From Camelus ferus (taxonomy: Eukaryota): a stretch of 64,000 nucleotides of DNA. A model generated the notes under the pieces. The model had not been told where the DNA came from. It worked only from the letters and a program-made list of their open reading frames with translations, and did not search any database. Made by a program: the position numbers and the translations under genes. This document shows, one piece after another, positions 1-13,110 of the stretch. The stretch lies in assembly GCF_009834535.1 (NCBI RefSeq), contig NC_045696.1, positions 6,264,001 to 6,328,000 on the forward strand, given 5' to 3'. Every line of letters starts with the position of its first letter. Within the stretch, counting starts at the first letter, position 1.

Positions 1-567
1 ATTCTGTATATAGTAATTTGTATCTGATAATCCCAAACTCCTAGTTTATCCTTCCCCTTGCCTTTCCCCTTTGGTAGCCATAAGTTTCTTTTCTGTATTT
101 GTGAGTCTGTTTCTGTTTTGTAAATAAGTTCATTTGTGTCATTTTTTTAAGATTCCACATATAAGTGATATCATATATTTGTCTTTGACTTACTTCACTT
201 AGTATGACAATCTCTAGTTCCATCCATGTTGCTGCAAATGGCATTATTTCATTCTTTTTTAGGGCTGAGTAGTATTCCAGTGTATATATGTGTACCACAA
301 CTTCTTTATCCAGTCATTTATTGATGGGACACTTAGGATGCTTTCATGTCTTGGCTATTATAAATAGTGCTGCTATGAACATTGGGGTGCATGTATCTTT
401 TTGAATTAGAGTTCCCTCTGGACATATGCCCAGGAGAGGGATTACTGGCTCATAGGGTAACTCTATTTTTAGTTTTATAAGGAATCTCCATACCTTTTTC
501 CATAGTAACTGCAACAAATTACATTCCAACCAGCAGTGTAAGAGGGTTCCCTTTTCTCCACACCCTA
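1..567 (-). mobile_element. LINE-1 3' fragment with degraded ORF2 C-terminus
   Basis: Minus-strand ORFs 41..298 ([31 protein letters not shown]) and 344..628 ([10 protein letters not shown]...[13 protein letters not shown]...CTPMFIAALFIIAKT) are typical L1 ORF2 C-terminal peptides. Confidence 0.93.
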
Positions 568-3500
568 AAAGTGTGACATTTTTGAACTGGCTTGATTTGA
601 CATCACTGCATGGTGCCGTGGCCTGCACAGGATTTTGAATGTCACCTTGCCTGGGCTCCTGCCTGAAATAAGTCTGGTCTCACCCTGCCTCGATGGCCCA
701 GTTGCGCTCCCGCCCCGGCCGTGGCGAGGCTAGCTGTGCTCAGCAGAGGCAGAAAGTGCTTCAAGGGCTTTTTTGATGTGGTTTATCTTTCACTTCTCAG
801 GAGGAAATTCATTCCAACTGGATATAATTTTTTGAGGACTTTCACCAGATCTTAAAGGTTCAGGAATGAAAGGCTCGTGTGTTTTATTCAGGAAACTTCC
901 AGCTGCTGAAAGGAGTTGAACGTTAAGCATCAAATCACTGGTGCTCAAAGATATTCTTCAAAAGGACTTGAGAGAAAAAAGAGGGAAAAAATGACAAAGC
1001 CAGCACACGAATGTGTTAGTAAGCTTTACTTTTACCATGTGGTTGCCAGGGCTGCTGGTTACGAAACACAGAAGCACTTTTAATGATAATTTTGTATAAT
1101 ATATGATAATTTAGTGAAACATTTTAATGATAAGGGTGAATTTAAATTACCGTAAATATATCACTTGGTGCTTTTTCAGTCCTCACCACCTTTCCTCCCC
1201 GTTTAAGGTCAATATTTATCAAAAATTATTTGATTTTTGCATGCCTAATGTTTGTACAGCTGTTCTTTTTTTTTTTTTTAAGTTCCTACATTTGCAATGA
1301 AAGTGTCAAAAGTTAAAGACTGAAATTAAATCAAGAAGCAGGAGGTTTATGCCAAGCTCGCATAACAGGATGAAACGTGTTCAGAAAGACAATGAAATTG
1401 GCTTCGAGGACCTTCAAAGTCTTCCCAAGTTCAAAATACTTTTCATAAAAATAACTTCCTTTTAAAAATGTGCTTGTTAGGCTTTGACTTCTGCTCCTTT
1501 TGATTTTTCGATGCCTATGAATTTATTTCAAAGTTGCTTCTATGATTATTCCAGGAGAAAATGGTTATCCTCTCTCCTTAAAGTGGTGACTGGAAAGGCT
1601 GGCAAACAGAAATAGAAGGATTGATAAAAATAGAAATAGGGGTAAAATGTTCATGGGAGCAAGTCCAGGGGGTGAGAGACTTGGAGAGTCAGGGTGTCTG
1701 AGAATTAAAATGGGGGAAATTCCTCTGGTATGGGGACCATGTTTAGCTGTGATTCTGTGCCCTCCCGTGTCCTCCCATATCTCTGCGGAGTTCTCTGGTT
1801 AGCCTTTGGCAGTGAAAACTCAAAATAGTGTCAATATCTGTCTATTCTCTGTGTCTATCTATCTGTCACCTGTCTGGCATCTTCACCTCCCTACCTTCAT
1901 CTCTGTGGTTTTTTTCCTATTGAGCAGGTCTAGTCCAATAGTATGGCATTGGATTGCTTCATGAGTTAACTTAGTACATTGTCCTTGTCCTGAAAGAGAT
2001 TAGCCTCGATTTCTTTTAGTCTTTACAAAACTCTGTAGGTCTTTCGGGACCGTGGTACCTTCGCAGTTGAGCCTTCATTTAGCGTCCTCGTCGCTGGTGT
2101 TACCTGAACGTGAGGTTGGATTCCTGCCTCATGGGGCTGCTGAGTTTTAGGTGCTGTCATCTGAATTGATGGGAGTGGGGAGTGGGGGTGGGGGTCCTGT
2201 GACCAATTCTGGAATCCAGTGGCTCTGAATCATATGACGTCCATCACTTCCAACAGTAGAAGCTAAATGAGCCCCAGGTCGTGTGGGTAGAGGAGATGTT
2301 TCTGGCCATCTCTTGTTCCCTGGAAACCTGACTGCTGTAATCGGAGATGAAAAAGACCCAACAGTGACACCACGCGAATCTCTGAGCCAAGGATTTCCGA
2401 GTGGGGCTGGACACACAGGCACGTTGGCATCGCCAGGGCTGCCTTTCATTTTCAATGAGCTCAATCAGAGCTTAGGAATGGCCTGGAGTCTCAGATTGAC
2501 ATCCTGTTGGCTCACCTGCAGAAGATACTCCATATTAGTTACCGGTTGTCTAAAACAATTAAAACATAAACACAGAAACAAAACAAAACAACAAAAGCCT
2601 CTTGGCGTATTGCGTCCAGAAGTGTCTCTTGACTTTAATTCTGCTTTCAACTGGTGCTATGATTTCATCTTTGTTAAGATTTCTTATTATAGCATTTCTT
2701 GGCCAAATAAAATGGAACTTCTCTTACCTGCTCTCATTCCTTTCAAGAGCAGGGAGGGGTGGTGGGCGGGACTGATGACGTCCTACAGTCCTGGCAGGAG
2801 ATGGGCTGCCACCTAGGCTGGGGACACTCCAAGGTCCCATCTGGGCCCTTTCATTCTAGTTGAGATGGGGGGCTGCCTCCTGTGGGGCAGGTGGAGACCC
2901 TGTGACACTGCACTGGAGCCGAATCCTGTCCCTTGGGGGACATTTTCTATCTCACCCACCCTTTCCAGAAGGAGAATGGGAGCCCAGCCATGAACTTGAA
3001 AGTCTCTACACAGTGGGACATTTCCTCCAGCCCCTGGCCCACTACAGGCCAGTACTTCTAAGTCTGATGTCATCAAAGTTCCTGGAGGCCCAGCCATTCT
3101 CCCATCCAGGCATTTCCACCCACTACCTTTGCAGTCCCAGGTGAGCTGAAGCCAGGATGGGGAGGTGGGGGGTGGTGGGGGCGGGGGTTGGGGCATGGGT
3201 GTGTCATCAGCCTGGATCAGTGACAGATCTGTCAGTGTTTGTCCAGACGCGTTTTTCCCATTTTGGCCCAGTCCCCGACGGAGGACCCTACTCCTCCCTG
3301 ATTTTATGTCTTCTTGCTTCATCTCTTGCAGAGACCAGGTGGGCTGTTGCTCACTCTTGGCTCACCCACGTCCTCCCACCTGGCTGGGTTACAGGTTTTC
3401 CGCCCAGGGCTGTCCACCTCACTAGTGCAAAGCTGAGCATCTGGGTTTCAAATGAACTGGACTCACTAGGATGCAGTGAATGAACTTGATTTACTTTTCC

Positions 3501-4169
3501 CAAACTCATGGCTCAAGTCTAAAGCACCTTCCACGCCCGTTTCAGGTCTCGTAGGTGCCAGACTTCCCTGGCACTTCCAGGTACTAATTAACAGTCTAGG
3601 TTTCAAGTACTGAGAAGTCTAGATAAGTCTAAAGACAAGTCCGTGCCCAGTCCTTTTAAATTTCCTTGGCATGTTGAGCTCGTCTCAGGATTGGAACGGC
3701 CTCTGGGGCTGCGGCCACCCCTACATCTCCCGGCCCAGCTCTTTCATGCCTCCTTCCCGCTGACCTTCGCCTCTGGTCCTCCAGGGCTGGGGCAGGAATG
3801 GGCGTCCCAGCAAGGGGCTGCTGGAAGGCTTACTCACCAGGGCGTTGTGAGTTGGAAGGCTGAGTCCGGAACAGGGGCTGTCCTCCCGGGGGCGTGCTGG
3901 AAGGCTCCTCAGGGCTCTTGCCGGGGCTACAGCTCTCTGTGGCGTGGTGATGGGTGACGCCCAGTGTCTGTCTACCTGTGACGCCCTCTTTGTAGCTTCT
4001 TCCCGCCACAGGACACCTCCAGCCTCCTTCTCTCAGGCTTGACTCACCCTGGAAGTCTGGCAAACTTCCTTGGGGCCCGTGGGACCAGAGGATGCTCAGG
4101 CCATTGGTGGCAGCTCAGCGCGCTCCCACCATGGCCCTTTTACCTACCTGCTCTCAGGTGGCTGCAGGC

Positions 4170-4930
4170 TGCCTTTCTGAGAAATTCTATAGGGTGGGTC
4201 AGCAGGTTGGAAACTCAGGCAGGAGATGGTGTACCAGTCATTTGGTTTTTAATTGAAGTGATTTACAGTATTGTGTTAGTTTCAGGTATATTTCAAAGTG
4301 ATTCAGTTATACATATGTATATTTTCAGATTCTTTTTCCTTATAGGTTATTACAAGATATTGAATATAATTCACTGTGCTGTACAGCAAATCCTTATTGC
4401 TTATCTATTTTGTTTAAAGTAGTTTGTCTGTTAATCGCATACCCATAATTTATAACCGCCTTCCCCTGGTAACCATAAGTTTGTTTTCTATGTCTGTGAG
4501 TCTGTTTCTGTTTTGTAAATAAGTCCACTTGTATTATTTTTTAGATTCCACATATAAGTGATGTCATATATTGTTTGTCTTCCTCTGTCTGACTGACTTC
4601 ACACCATATGATAATCTCTATGTCCAATGTTCCAGGCTTGATTCTGAAATTTGTAGGGCAGGCTGGCAGGCTGGACACTCTGCTAGGATTTCTGTGTTAG
4701 TCTGGAGGCAGAATTCCTTCCTCCCCTCAACACCTGTTTTTTCTCTTAAGGCTTTCAACTGACTGGGTGAGGCCCCCCATGTTAGGGAGGGTCATCTGCT
4801 TTACTTAAAGTCAACTGATTGTGCATGTGAGGCACATCTACCAAATGCCATCACAGCAACACGTAGACTCGTGTTTGACCAAATGGCTGGACACCATAGC
4901 CTTGCAAGTTGATGCATAGAGTTAACCACA
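4170..4930 (-). mobile_element. MLT2-type ERVL LTR, interrupted by an L1 fragment
   Basis: gggcaggctggcaggctgg...aaggctttcaactgactgggtgaggcccc...ctgctttacttaaagtcaactgattgt...gttaaccaca resembles the MLT2 consensus; a similar segment at about 4175-4235 lies before the L1. Confidence 0.7.
4245..4625 (-). mobile_element. LINE-1 3' end fragment
   Basis: tttttaattgaagtg...ttagattccacatataagtgat, near-identical in layout to the other L1 3' UTR copies in the window. Confidence 0.88.
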
Positions 4931-5399
4931 CAGCAGGGGTTAAAGGCCTGGCCCCTTGCCACTGACTCCCGGCTGTGAAGGGCTGGCTCAGCCAGCTTGG
5001 CTGGTGCTCACCCCAGAGGGCTGTCTGAGGCCCTTCCTACGGCTGTCTCACCGTCCACCCTTCCCTGCTGCCCAGGCCTGCTTCCTCCTCGCCATCCACA
5101 GATGTTGATCCCACAAGCACACCCTATGGAATGCCCTCCACCTTTATTTCCAACTCAAGTTCGCTTCCCTGGGAAGCCATCCCGCTAAACCAGTTAACTG
5201 GCAAAGCTGAGTTGCAGGAGTGGACACCCTGCCTTTACTGCCCTGGGTATGAAATTCACACACACTGGAAGCACTTGCTCTTAAATGACCTCTAATAGGT
5301 AATTATTAATGTGATTCCAGCGGACAAAGTACTTCAAATTCACAAGTCCCCAAAACTCATTGGAACTTCTTCTCCATAAACGATCTGATGCAGCTGAGT

Positions 5400-5600
5400 C
5401 AGTAGTTAGCATTTATTGAGGGCTTGCTGTGTTTCAAGAACTCTTCTAAGCTCTTTAAATATATAAAATATAAAAATAGATTATTAAATATATTACTTAT
5501 ATATTAAATATATAAGTAGCTATCACTATTGCATCCCTTATAAAGATGTTTAAATGGAGGCACAGAGAGGTTAAATAACTTGCCCAGGGTCACACAGCTT
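5400..5600 (-). mobile_element. MIR SINE
   Basis: gaggcacagagaggttaaataacttgcccagggtcacacagct is the reverse complement of the MIR core; ttagcatttattgag matches the MIR 3' end. Confidence 0.85.
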
Positions 5601-8325
5601 GTCTTCTCTCACTCGTGAAGGTGTCAGCATGATGTGGGAGTGTCTGGAAGAGAGTGATGGGGTTGTCTTGGGTTCACACAGCCTGCTCAGCACCAAGGGC
5701 AGCTGGAGTGTTTTCTGGGCCCCAGGCCCCAGGTAGATCTAGAGCAGTGAAGTGGTGTGGGACCAGGGTTTCATTCTCCAGAGCAAGTAGCAGGCTGGTG
5801 GTTGCAGGGAGAAAAGGGAAGACGGGGATGTCAGAGACTGTAGCTGAGCTCTCATCCCAGACCTACTTTACTGGTGTCTGTGCAGCTTTCCTCTGCAAGG
5901 CTCTTGGTTCGGCTGCCTTTTGTTTTTGGAAAATACTGGTGGACAGATGGGGTGGAGAGCGGGTGGTGTGATGTCTGAGGCCACACCACGTCTGAAACAT
6001 CAGTGAGGGGAGCATCTGCTGGGAGGGTACCCACGACCAGCTCAGCCTGAAATAACATTCTTGAGCCTTCCTAAGAAGACCACTGCAGCTAGGTGAGATT
6101 TTAGGACATCGATTCAGAAAATAGATTGCCTGCACTTAGCACTTCAGAGACATCTAGTAAACTGAGGGAGAAGCTGGGAGGCCTTAAGGCTAATCTTTGC
6201 ACGTATCCATATGTGTGGACTTTCTGTCTTTGGGACGTGAATTAGTTCTGAGTGACCCGTCCAAGTGTAACAGTGTTCAGCTCTCTAAGGGAAGTCTTCC
6301 CACGCAGCCTGGGTTTTAACTGAAAGAGGTTCATGGATCTTGGGAGGGGGCCCTGCGGTGGAAATGACTCACGGAAAGGGTTCAGGGAAGCTTGTCTCCT
6401 GTTTGCCTTCTCTGCTGTTGAACCAGCGTGTGGCTTTCCCTCCACTGAAAAGACAGCAAGGCTCATGGAACAAGTAGAGGCTGGGCTTGAATTCTGAGTT
6501 CCAGTCCCTGCTCATCCACTTCCCAGATCTGTGGTCCTCGCAGACCTCAGCTTCCTTATCAGACGATGAGAATGGTGATAACCCCTTTCCAGCCGTTCTC
6601 TGTAAGTGGGTGGACCGATTGGTGCCACCAGAGGCTCTGCGATCTGGACAACGAACGAGGCCGTGACTCCCACCCAGAGAAACAGCAGGTGCCTTGCCGG
6701 GTGAATTGGCTCCTGACGCACTTGTTCTTTACACGAAAATCAAGATATTCCATCTGCTCTAAAATGAGAGAGCCAGCCTGGAAGATTTGGTCTCGGGACA
6801 GCAAAACCTGGCCATACTTCCGAGGCCAGCAAAGAGGAGTCCAGGTCCTCGAAAGCTCTTTTCCCAGCAAGAGGGGGAAAGGGCTGGAGAAACGTTCTAA
6901 CTGTGTCTCATGAGAGCTGCAGATGGAAAACGCAGAGAAATTCCAAGCCAGAAAAGAATCCCGGAGCAGCGTGTGGGATCAGCTCTGCCTCCCAGGGGGG
7001 CGCCCACCCACCACCCACTGGCTGAGAAGTGCCTTTCCATCTCCCTGCCGCCCCCTCACGGCCCACATCTTAGCATCCCCCCACCCCGCCCCGGGAAGCT
7101 CTGATGCTCTGCGCCCTGGAGAAATCCAAGGACAGTCCCTGCCTGGGCCAAGCTCTGGGGCCCCCGTCCACCTCGCCCAGCTCCACGGGTCGGGGCTGAG
7201 GCTTGGGGCTGGAACAGAGCGCCCCACCTTCATCAAGACCCCGCTCTCCTGCTTTCCACCCTCTCTCCTTCTCTCTTGCCCTCACGCCCCGCTGCGGGTG
7301 TTTCCGCTCACCCTCCATCGTCCTGCCTCCTTCCTTACTGGCTGGACCACGGCAGCAGCCTCTCCCTCCCTGCACTCAGTCACCTCGTGCATCTTCCCAA
7401 AAGCCTCTTTGAGAAGCTCCGTTCCATGGACGCTCAGAAATCTCCAGCTGCTATGTTCAGAGTAAGGGCGAACTTTGCAGCGCGTACTTCTGGGCGCTCC
7501 CGATGGCTCCGTCCAGCCCTCTGTGATCCGGCCACCATGCCCAGCACCCCCACCCCGGGCTCTCCCTCGTCTCTGCTCTTCTAGAACCTCTGCCTGAGGG
7601 ACCAGCCCAGCTGCTCTACACAACCTCTCTCTGAGGCCGTTGCCCTGCTTTGCAAAGCCCTCCTCAACCACCTTGGGAGACGGCAGGGATGATTTAGATG
7701 TTGTTATGCTGCTGACAGAGGCTTTTTCTCCCCTGTCTCGGTCAGTCCTGCCCCGCACCCCTTCATAGACACACATTCCTCAACCGCCTCGCACTTGGTG
7801 GCCTGTGTCCCTCATTTCCGCTGCCTGAGCTGCCCTCCTCTCTGCGTCTGTACACATCTTCCTGTTTTTCATCAGCTAATTTAAATCCTACCACCCAGAG
7901 CTGAAGCTCCCTTTCCTGTTCCCTGAGCTGTCTCAGTGCTCCTGACTGGGGCTGGAAGTCACCCCTTACTCTGCACTGTGCAACGCTAGGCCACACGCTA
8001 ACGCCCCTGCAAGGTGTGTAGGCTCTCTGGGAGCGAGAGACACACCTGGGAACTTTCTCGTCCTACGTGCCCCCTGAATACCTATTCAAGGTCTTGGCAA
8101 TGACGCATTTCATGGAAAATTCTGTGCGGATGGGATGCAAAACTGTACAGCCAGGGGCATGTGATAAACCTCACGTCCTGAGTGTCAGTGAAGGGCATTT
8201 GTGGCGAGGCTGCTGATTTCTACTTAAATATATGAGAGGATTAAAAAATCTTTATTTCCAGACTGTGTCCAGTACAAATGAGGCGATTGTGATGCAGTTC
8301 TGTTAAACTAGTCAAAAGTCAGTGG

Positions 8326-8617
8326 ACTCACAGACACAAAAAACAAACTTAGGGTTACCGGGGGGAAAGTGGGGGTGGAGGGATAAATTAGGAGTTTGAA
8401 ATCTTCAGATACTAACTAGTATATGTAAACTAGGTGGACAACAAGTTTCCACTGTAGAGCACAGGGAACTATATTCAATATCTTGTAGTGACCTATGATG
8501 GAAAGGAATATGAAAACGAATATATGTATGCCCATGGATGACTGGAACATACTGCTATATACTGGAAATTAACACAGCATTGTAATCCGATTATACTTCA
8601 ATTAAAAAAAAGAAAAC
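8326..8617 (+). mobile_element. 5'-truncated LINE-1 3' end with A-rich tail and 11-bp TSD
   Basis: L1 3' UTR motifs (agcacagggaactatattcaatatcttgta; tatacttcaattaaaaaaa); AAAGTCAGTGG at 8315-8325 and 8618-8628. Confidence 0.92.
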
Positions 8618-11600
8618 AAAGTCAGTGGTAATGGAAGAGCCAGTTCCAGTGCTCCTGGTGGTGAAATACTCATCACCAGAGGGGCCAAGTGTCTCAGCCA
8701 GGCCAGCGGGCACAGAACGAATTTCATGACGAGTTCGAGGTTCTTTGAAATTTCTCACTCTAAGAGCGTTAGGAAGCCTTTCTCAGTTGGTTCTCTGTAA
8801 GTATTTGGCAGTTTGTTTTTTAACAACAGGGCAGTGATGGCAGATACCATAGAGAATTGCCTGCATTATTGGCAAGTCTCAGTATTTTTTCCATTTTTTT
8901 TTCTTTCTGCCTTTACGCCAGCAGATTTTCCTTAGAACTTCTAACTCTCCCTCCCTGCCTTTCCATACTATATTCAGAATAAAGACACCTGCCTCCTCCA
9001 AGCATCAGAATGATGCCGACAGCAGGAATTTCATCTCAAAATGATGCTCTGTAATATTCTTTGGGTCCCTTACATGTGATCTCTCTATTAATGTAAGTTA
9101 TTTTCATTTTTATTCTGTTATAGATCATCTTGCCACGCAGGGATTTTGCATTTCTTAGTTATAATACTGAGCTGTTAATACAACATTGATTAATTGAACC
9201 GGCAATTAGTTATTTTGTATGCAGCCTCTAAAGCAATGATGCGTGAACAATGTTTAAATTTTTTTTTTCTGCCCAGTGCTGTTAATTTAAAAATATGAAG
9301 CAGACCTCATTGTTTGCAGGGATGGTCATTGATGCTTGTGCTTTCTCTAGGACGTGCCCTTGCGATTGTACCAAGACAAAATTCATGCTGGAGGCCAAAT
9401 TTGCTTCTCACACAGACTTTGGGATTCTGTTCTCAAAGATATGTTTTGTTTGATGAACTTTCTTAGAAATACACAATGTTCCTTTAGTCTGTGGCCTGCT
9501 TGTCAGTTGTCTGCTGTTATAAAATGACTAAATATTTATGTTTTTCCAGTTGAGCTTAGGAGGAAAAAAAAACACAACTCTGGTAAACGTGTTTCCTTCA
9601 ACAGAGGCTCAGTGTGAAACAGGAGAGAAGGAGTATTTATGGTTGTTTTCCGTTTCTTGATGTCACCCGCCTTTCAAGCGCAGCCTGTTTTCCTTCAAAT
9701 GTCCCGTGTTTACTGGGGACCTCGAGGCAGGCTGTGGTCCCCGGACCGAGGTCGGGGGTGGGGCTGTTTGGCCGCTGTGTATTTCGTTCTGGTGGACACG
9801 GCGGCACATCTCCCGCCCTGCCAGCAGCTTGATCAGCCTGAACGCTGTCATGTGCGCGTGGCAGCGCCGAGAAGGAAAGACAGACCCAGCGCTGGTGCTC
9901 GGAGAGCATCACGGGCCCCAAAGGCGCGTTCACGTCTAGATTCCTGTTGCTCTCTCCATGGAAAGAACCCAGGAAGAAGCATGAAGGATGGAGGTGGATT
10001 TAATGCTGTGAATGGTGAAAAGATCGACCCTGAGGGACGAAGTGAAAGGAAACCAAACAACCACAGAAGAAAACAAAACAAAACGGACAAGCCGCGTCCG
10101 GGCGTGGCCGTGACTCGGCTCAGACGTGATTCATGAAGACTTTTGCCGTTTTCTTCTGGCACAACTGCTCTGGGATATTTTTCCAGCATTTTTCTATGAT
10201 GGGGAGGAAAAGGAGCCCCTTTGGGGAATTCAAAAAGATGCCAAGAATTGCCTCACTGCGTTCTCAGCTATAGTGGATCACGCAGCACAGGGATTTACGA
10301 GTGGAAACGTACGTGCACACGCACGCGCGGTGTCAGCTTGAGGGGAGGTGACCATCAACAGAGCACATCGGGCTACTGACTGGGTTTGGGAAGCAGCTGG
10401 GCTTGTGCGGAAGCCATTTGAGAGCGCTCGCTGCCGTATTTTTTGGCTTTGGGACTCCGTCTCCCTAGTTTTCACTCTCCCCACAAGTGACATGTCGCGG
10501 GGATTTAGGCACTAGGAGAGCGGCTGGTTTTGGTTGGTCTTCACAGACTTCCTCTGCCAGCCATCACCCCGTTACTTCCCGACAGCCGCAGGGCCCTTTT
10601 CTCTGCTTGGCTCGGGAGCACAGGTGTGCCTGGGCTGGCACCTGTGGTCTTGCTAGAGAGATCACCTGCATCTCCGTTCACCTCTGGACTCAGGGACTTC
10701 TGCTGGTTTCCTGAAATTGCCCATGATAGGAAGAGCTGCTCCACAGAAATTGTTGAGCGCTTCATATCAGAGGTGTGCCCCGTGGAGAGCCGGTTGCTAG
10801 CCATCCAGTAGCGCACCACGTCTTCCGAGGCTCTGCGGTCCCAACCACCTGTCAGAGCTGAAGTCACGCCCTGGCCTTTCCTCTGACTCTTCCAGTCTGG
10901 ACCATCCCTGTTCCTCTGTCTCTAGAATCTGTCTCTACCACAGCAACACTCTTCCCTCTATTCTGCCCATAAAGATCCCTGCTTTGCTCATCCTGAACAA
11001 ACCAACTAGACGAACAAGATAAACCTTCTTCTAGTTGGGCTGTAAGCTTCTTGCGGGCAGGACTGAGTCCTCTGCGCTGAGGCATCCCTCGCTGCTGCCA
11101 CTTTCTGAAACACGTAGGCACACAGCAAATGTTGGGCGAGGGGATACCTTAGTCCTTTCTCCTTGAACTACTTTCCCCTTTTCTCTTTTTGCTGTAGCCT
11201 GTGTTGACTTTCACATCTCTGCCCAGACGTCCACTCTGGAACCTTTGGAGAGGGGCAGGTCGTTGGAGGTCACACAGAGGTTTCGGCTTGTCGAATCCAG
11301 TGCCTGTCTGGCAACGTGTGTGGCTGGTTGGTTGACTGAATTTCTCATCCTTATTCAGCTGTCTGCAGCTTGATGCTGTGACTATTTCTGCCTCCTGAAT
11401 GCCCCTCCCTGGCATCAGGACCTGGATCTTTTCAGCTTGCTTCTAATTCTCTGACTGCTCCTCCTTGTGTTCTTAGCTGTCTAATTTTCCTCCTCCAGTC
11501 TCTCAAATAGTTCATGTGCTGTTCTCAATTGTGTTCTGCTTACATAACTCCGTCATGGGAGTTATTCTGCAGCTGGGGGTTAAACAAGGCAATGGGGGAG

Positions 11601-11724
11601 TTAATATTTACGATTTTTTGTTTACAACCTTGTCTTTCCCACTAGACTCTGAACTTACGGCAAAGCCCACCCCTAGTTAGTGCTTCTCAGTGATTGCACT
11701 GGAGGAAATGGACTTAGTGCATAT

Positions 11725-11940
11725 TGATAGATAGATGGATGGATGAATGGTGGCTGACTGGCTGGCTGGATAATGGATGGATGATGATGAATGGATAATG
11801 GATGGGTGAATGGATGGGTAGATGGATGGATGATGGATAAATTGATAGATGGTAGATGGGTGGATGATGACGGATGGGTGAATGGATAGATGGATGATGG
11901 ATGGATGGATGGAAGAACAATTTGAATGAATGAATGGATT
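11725..11940. repeat. Degenerate (GGAT/GAAT)n simple repeat, probably an expanded L2 tail
   Basis: Run of gatggatggatgaatgg units, preceded by L2-like ccactagactctgaact. Confidence 0.85.
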
Positions 11941-12488
11941 TGAAGGGCAGGTTGCACTTAGATCATGGAAGGAGAAAAATAGCAATGTGACTTCTTAATT
12001 TTAGAGACAAGTCATCAACATTTCTGAGCTACATTCAGAGACTAAAAGACACTCTGTAGTGTGCCTCTCCCAGGTATCTTCATACTTTTGCTCCTCTGTC
12101 TCCTCTGCCTTCCTTGCTCTCCTCCGCATTACCACCCAGTGAATACTAAGTGCCCATGATATATCTACCCCTTTGAAGAGGCACTGCTATTCCACGGTGC
12201 TGGGTGGGATTGGTGTCTCCTTTGTACTTGTCTTATGACTCTCACCACATTCTGCCCACAGTCAAGTAACTAAAAGTGTAATTCTCCCATCAAACCTTTT
12301 TATTGAAGGCATATCCTAAGTTACTCCAGTACCTGGACGCTCAATGCATATGTAGATTGAGATAAGTCACTTATCTTGGTAATAGTTATTTGTTTCCCAA
12401 GTCTTAGATATAATGTTGTTAAGTAGGGAGATTTATGGGCTGGGCTAACTTCTGGCAGATGATTTTATTTTAAAATTAGAACATAGTT

Positions 12489-12584
12489 GGAGGGTGGATA
12501 TAACTCCGTGGTAGGGCACATGCTTAGTGTGCATGAGGTCCTGGGTTCAATCCCCAGTACCTCCATTAAAAAATAAAGAGAAAG
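12489..12584 (+). mobile_element. tRNA-Ala-derived SINE (camelid vic-1 type) with A-rich tail and TSD
   Basis: tRNA-like head with A box, B box GGTTCAATCC (12544-12553) and ...CCCAGTACCTCCA, then an A-rich tail; AATTAGAACA at 12474-12483 and 12585-12594. Confidence 0.85.
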
Positions 12585-12699
12585 AATTAGAACAGAAAAG
12601 TGTATTCAGCATGTCTGAGTTGGAGGCAGATAGTAAAAGAGGAAGGTGACTCTTTTGAACATAGACACTGGCTAGACAGGATGCTTTGTGCCTACAGAG

Positions 12700-13110
12700 T
12701 TGATTAAATCTGCTCTTCTCCATTCCTGAGCAGAATCCCAGGCAGTTGCCTTCATTTATTCCCAGATCACAGCATGTTGGTTTCATCCTCAAGCTACCTC
12801 CTCTCATGATCTTGAGATGGCTGTCACAGTTCTGAGTGTCACACAGACGGGACAATATCACATGACCTTTCTTTGTCAGCCAAGAGACTTTCTCCAGAAG
12901 TCTTCTAGTCACTTCCCCCAGTGTTGAGTTGCCCCAAATTATGTCACATGCTCATCCTTTAATCAATTGGTGGCAAGAGGAAAGGATGCAGTGATAGAAT
13001 TTAGCCCTGAAGTTGGGGCAGGGTCAGCCTTCCCCAGGGCATATTGGGAGGTGGGTGGGCTGCACACCCAAACGATGTTGGGTTTCCTCTGTCAGGAAAG
13101 GGGGCAGCCA
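12700..13110. mobile_element. Old MaLR LTR (MLT1K/L-like)
   Basis: catgatcttgagatggctg...tttctccagaagtc...gtcacatgctcatcctttaatcaattggtggcaag resembles late MLT1 consensus. Confidence 0.55.

Noticed and set aside
41..628. ORFs 41..298 and 344..628 as host genes
   Set aside because: They are broken L1 ORF2 C-terminal remnants; the same applies to 40865..41062.
2283..7776. Longest ORFs (177, 169, 180 and 164 aa) as coding exons
   Set aside because: No recognisable domain, many use non-ATG starts, they overlap on both strands in GC-rich intron, and there is no splice support.
11725..11940. ETS-fusion-responsive GGAA microsatellite
   Set aside because: Units are degenerate GGAT/GAAT, not tandem GGAA, and are better explained as an L2 tail.
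11673..11985. His/Pro/Ser/Ile-rich ORFs
   Set aside because: Translations of the (GGAT)n simple repeat.
12489..12565. Functional tRNA-Ala gene
   Set aside because: Anticodon arm is mutated (cttagtgtg), and an A-rich tail plus TSD indicate a SINE.
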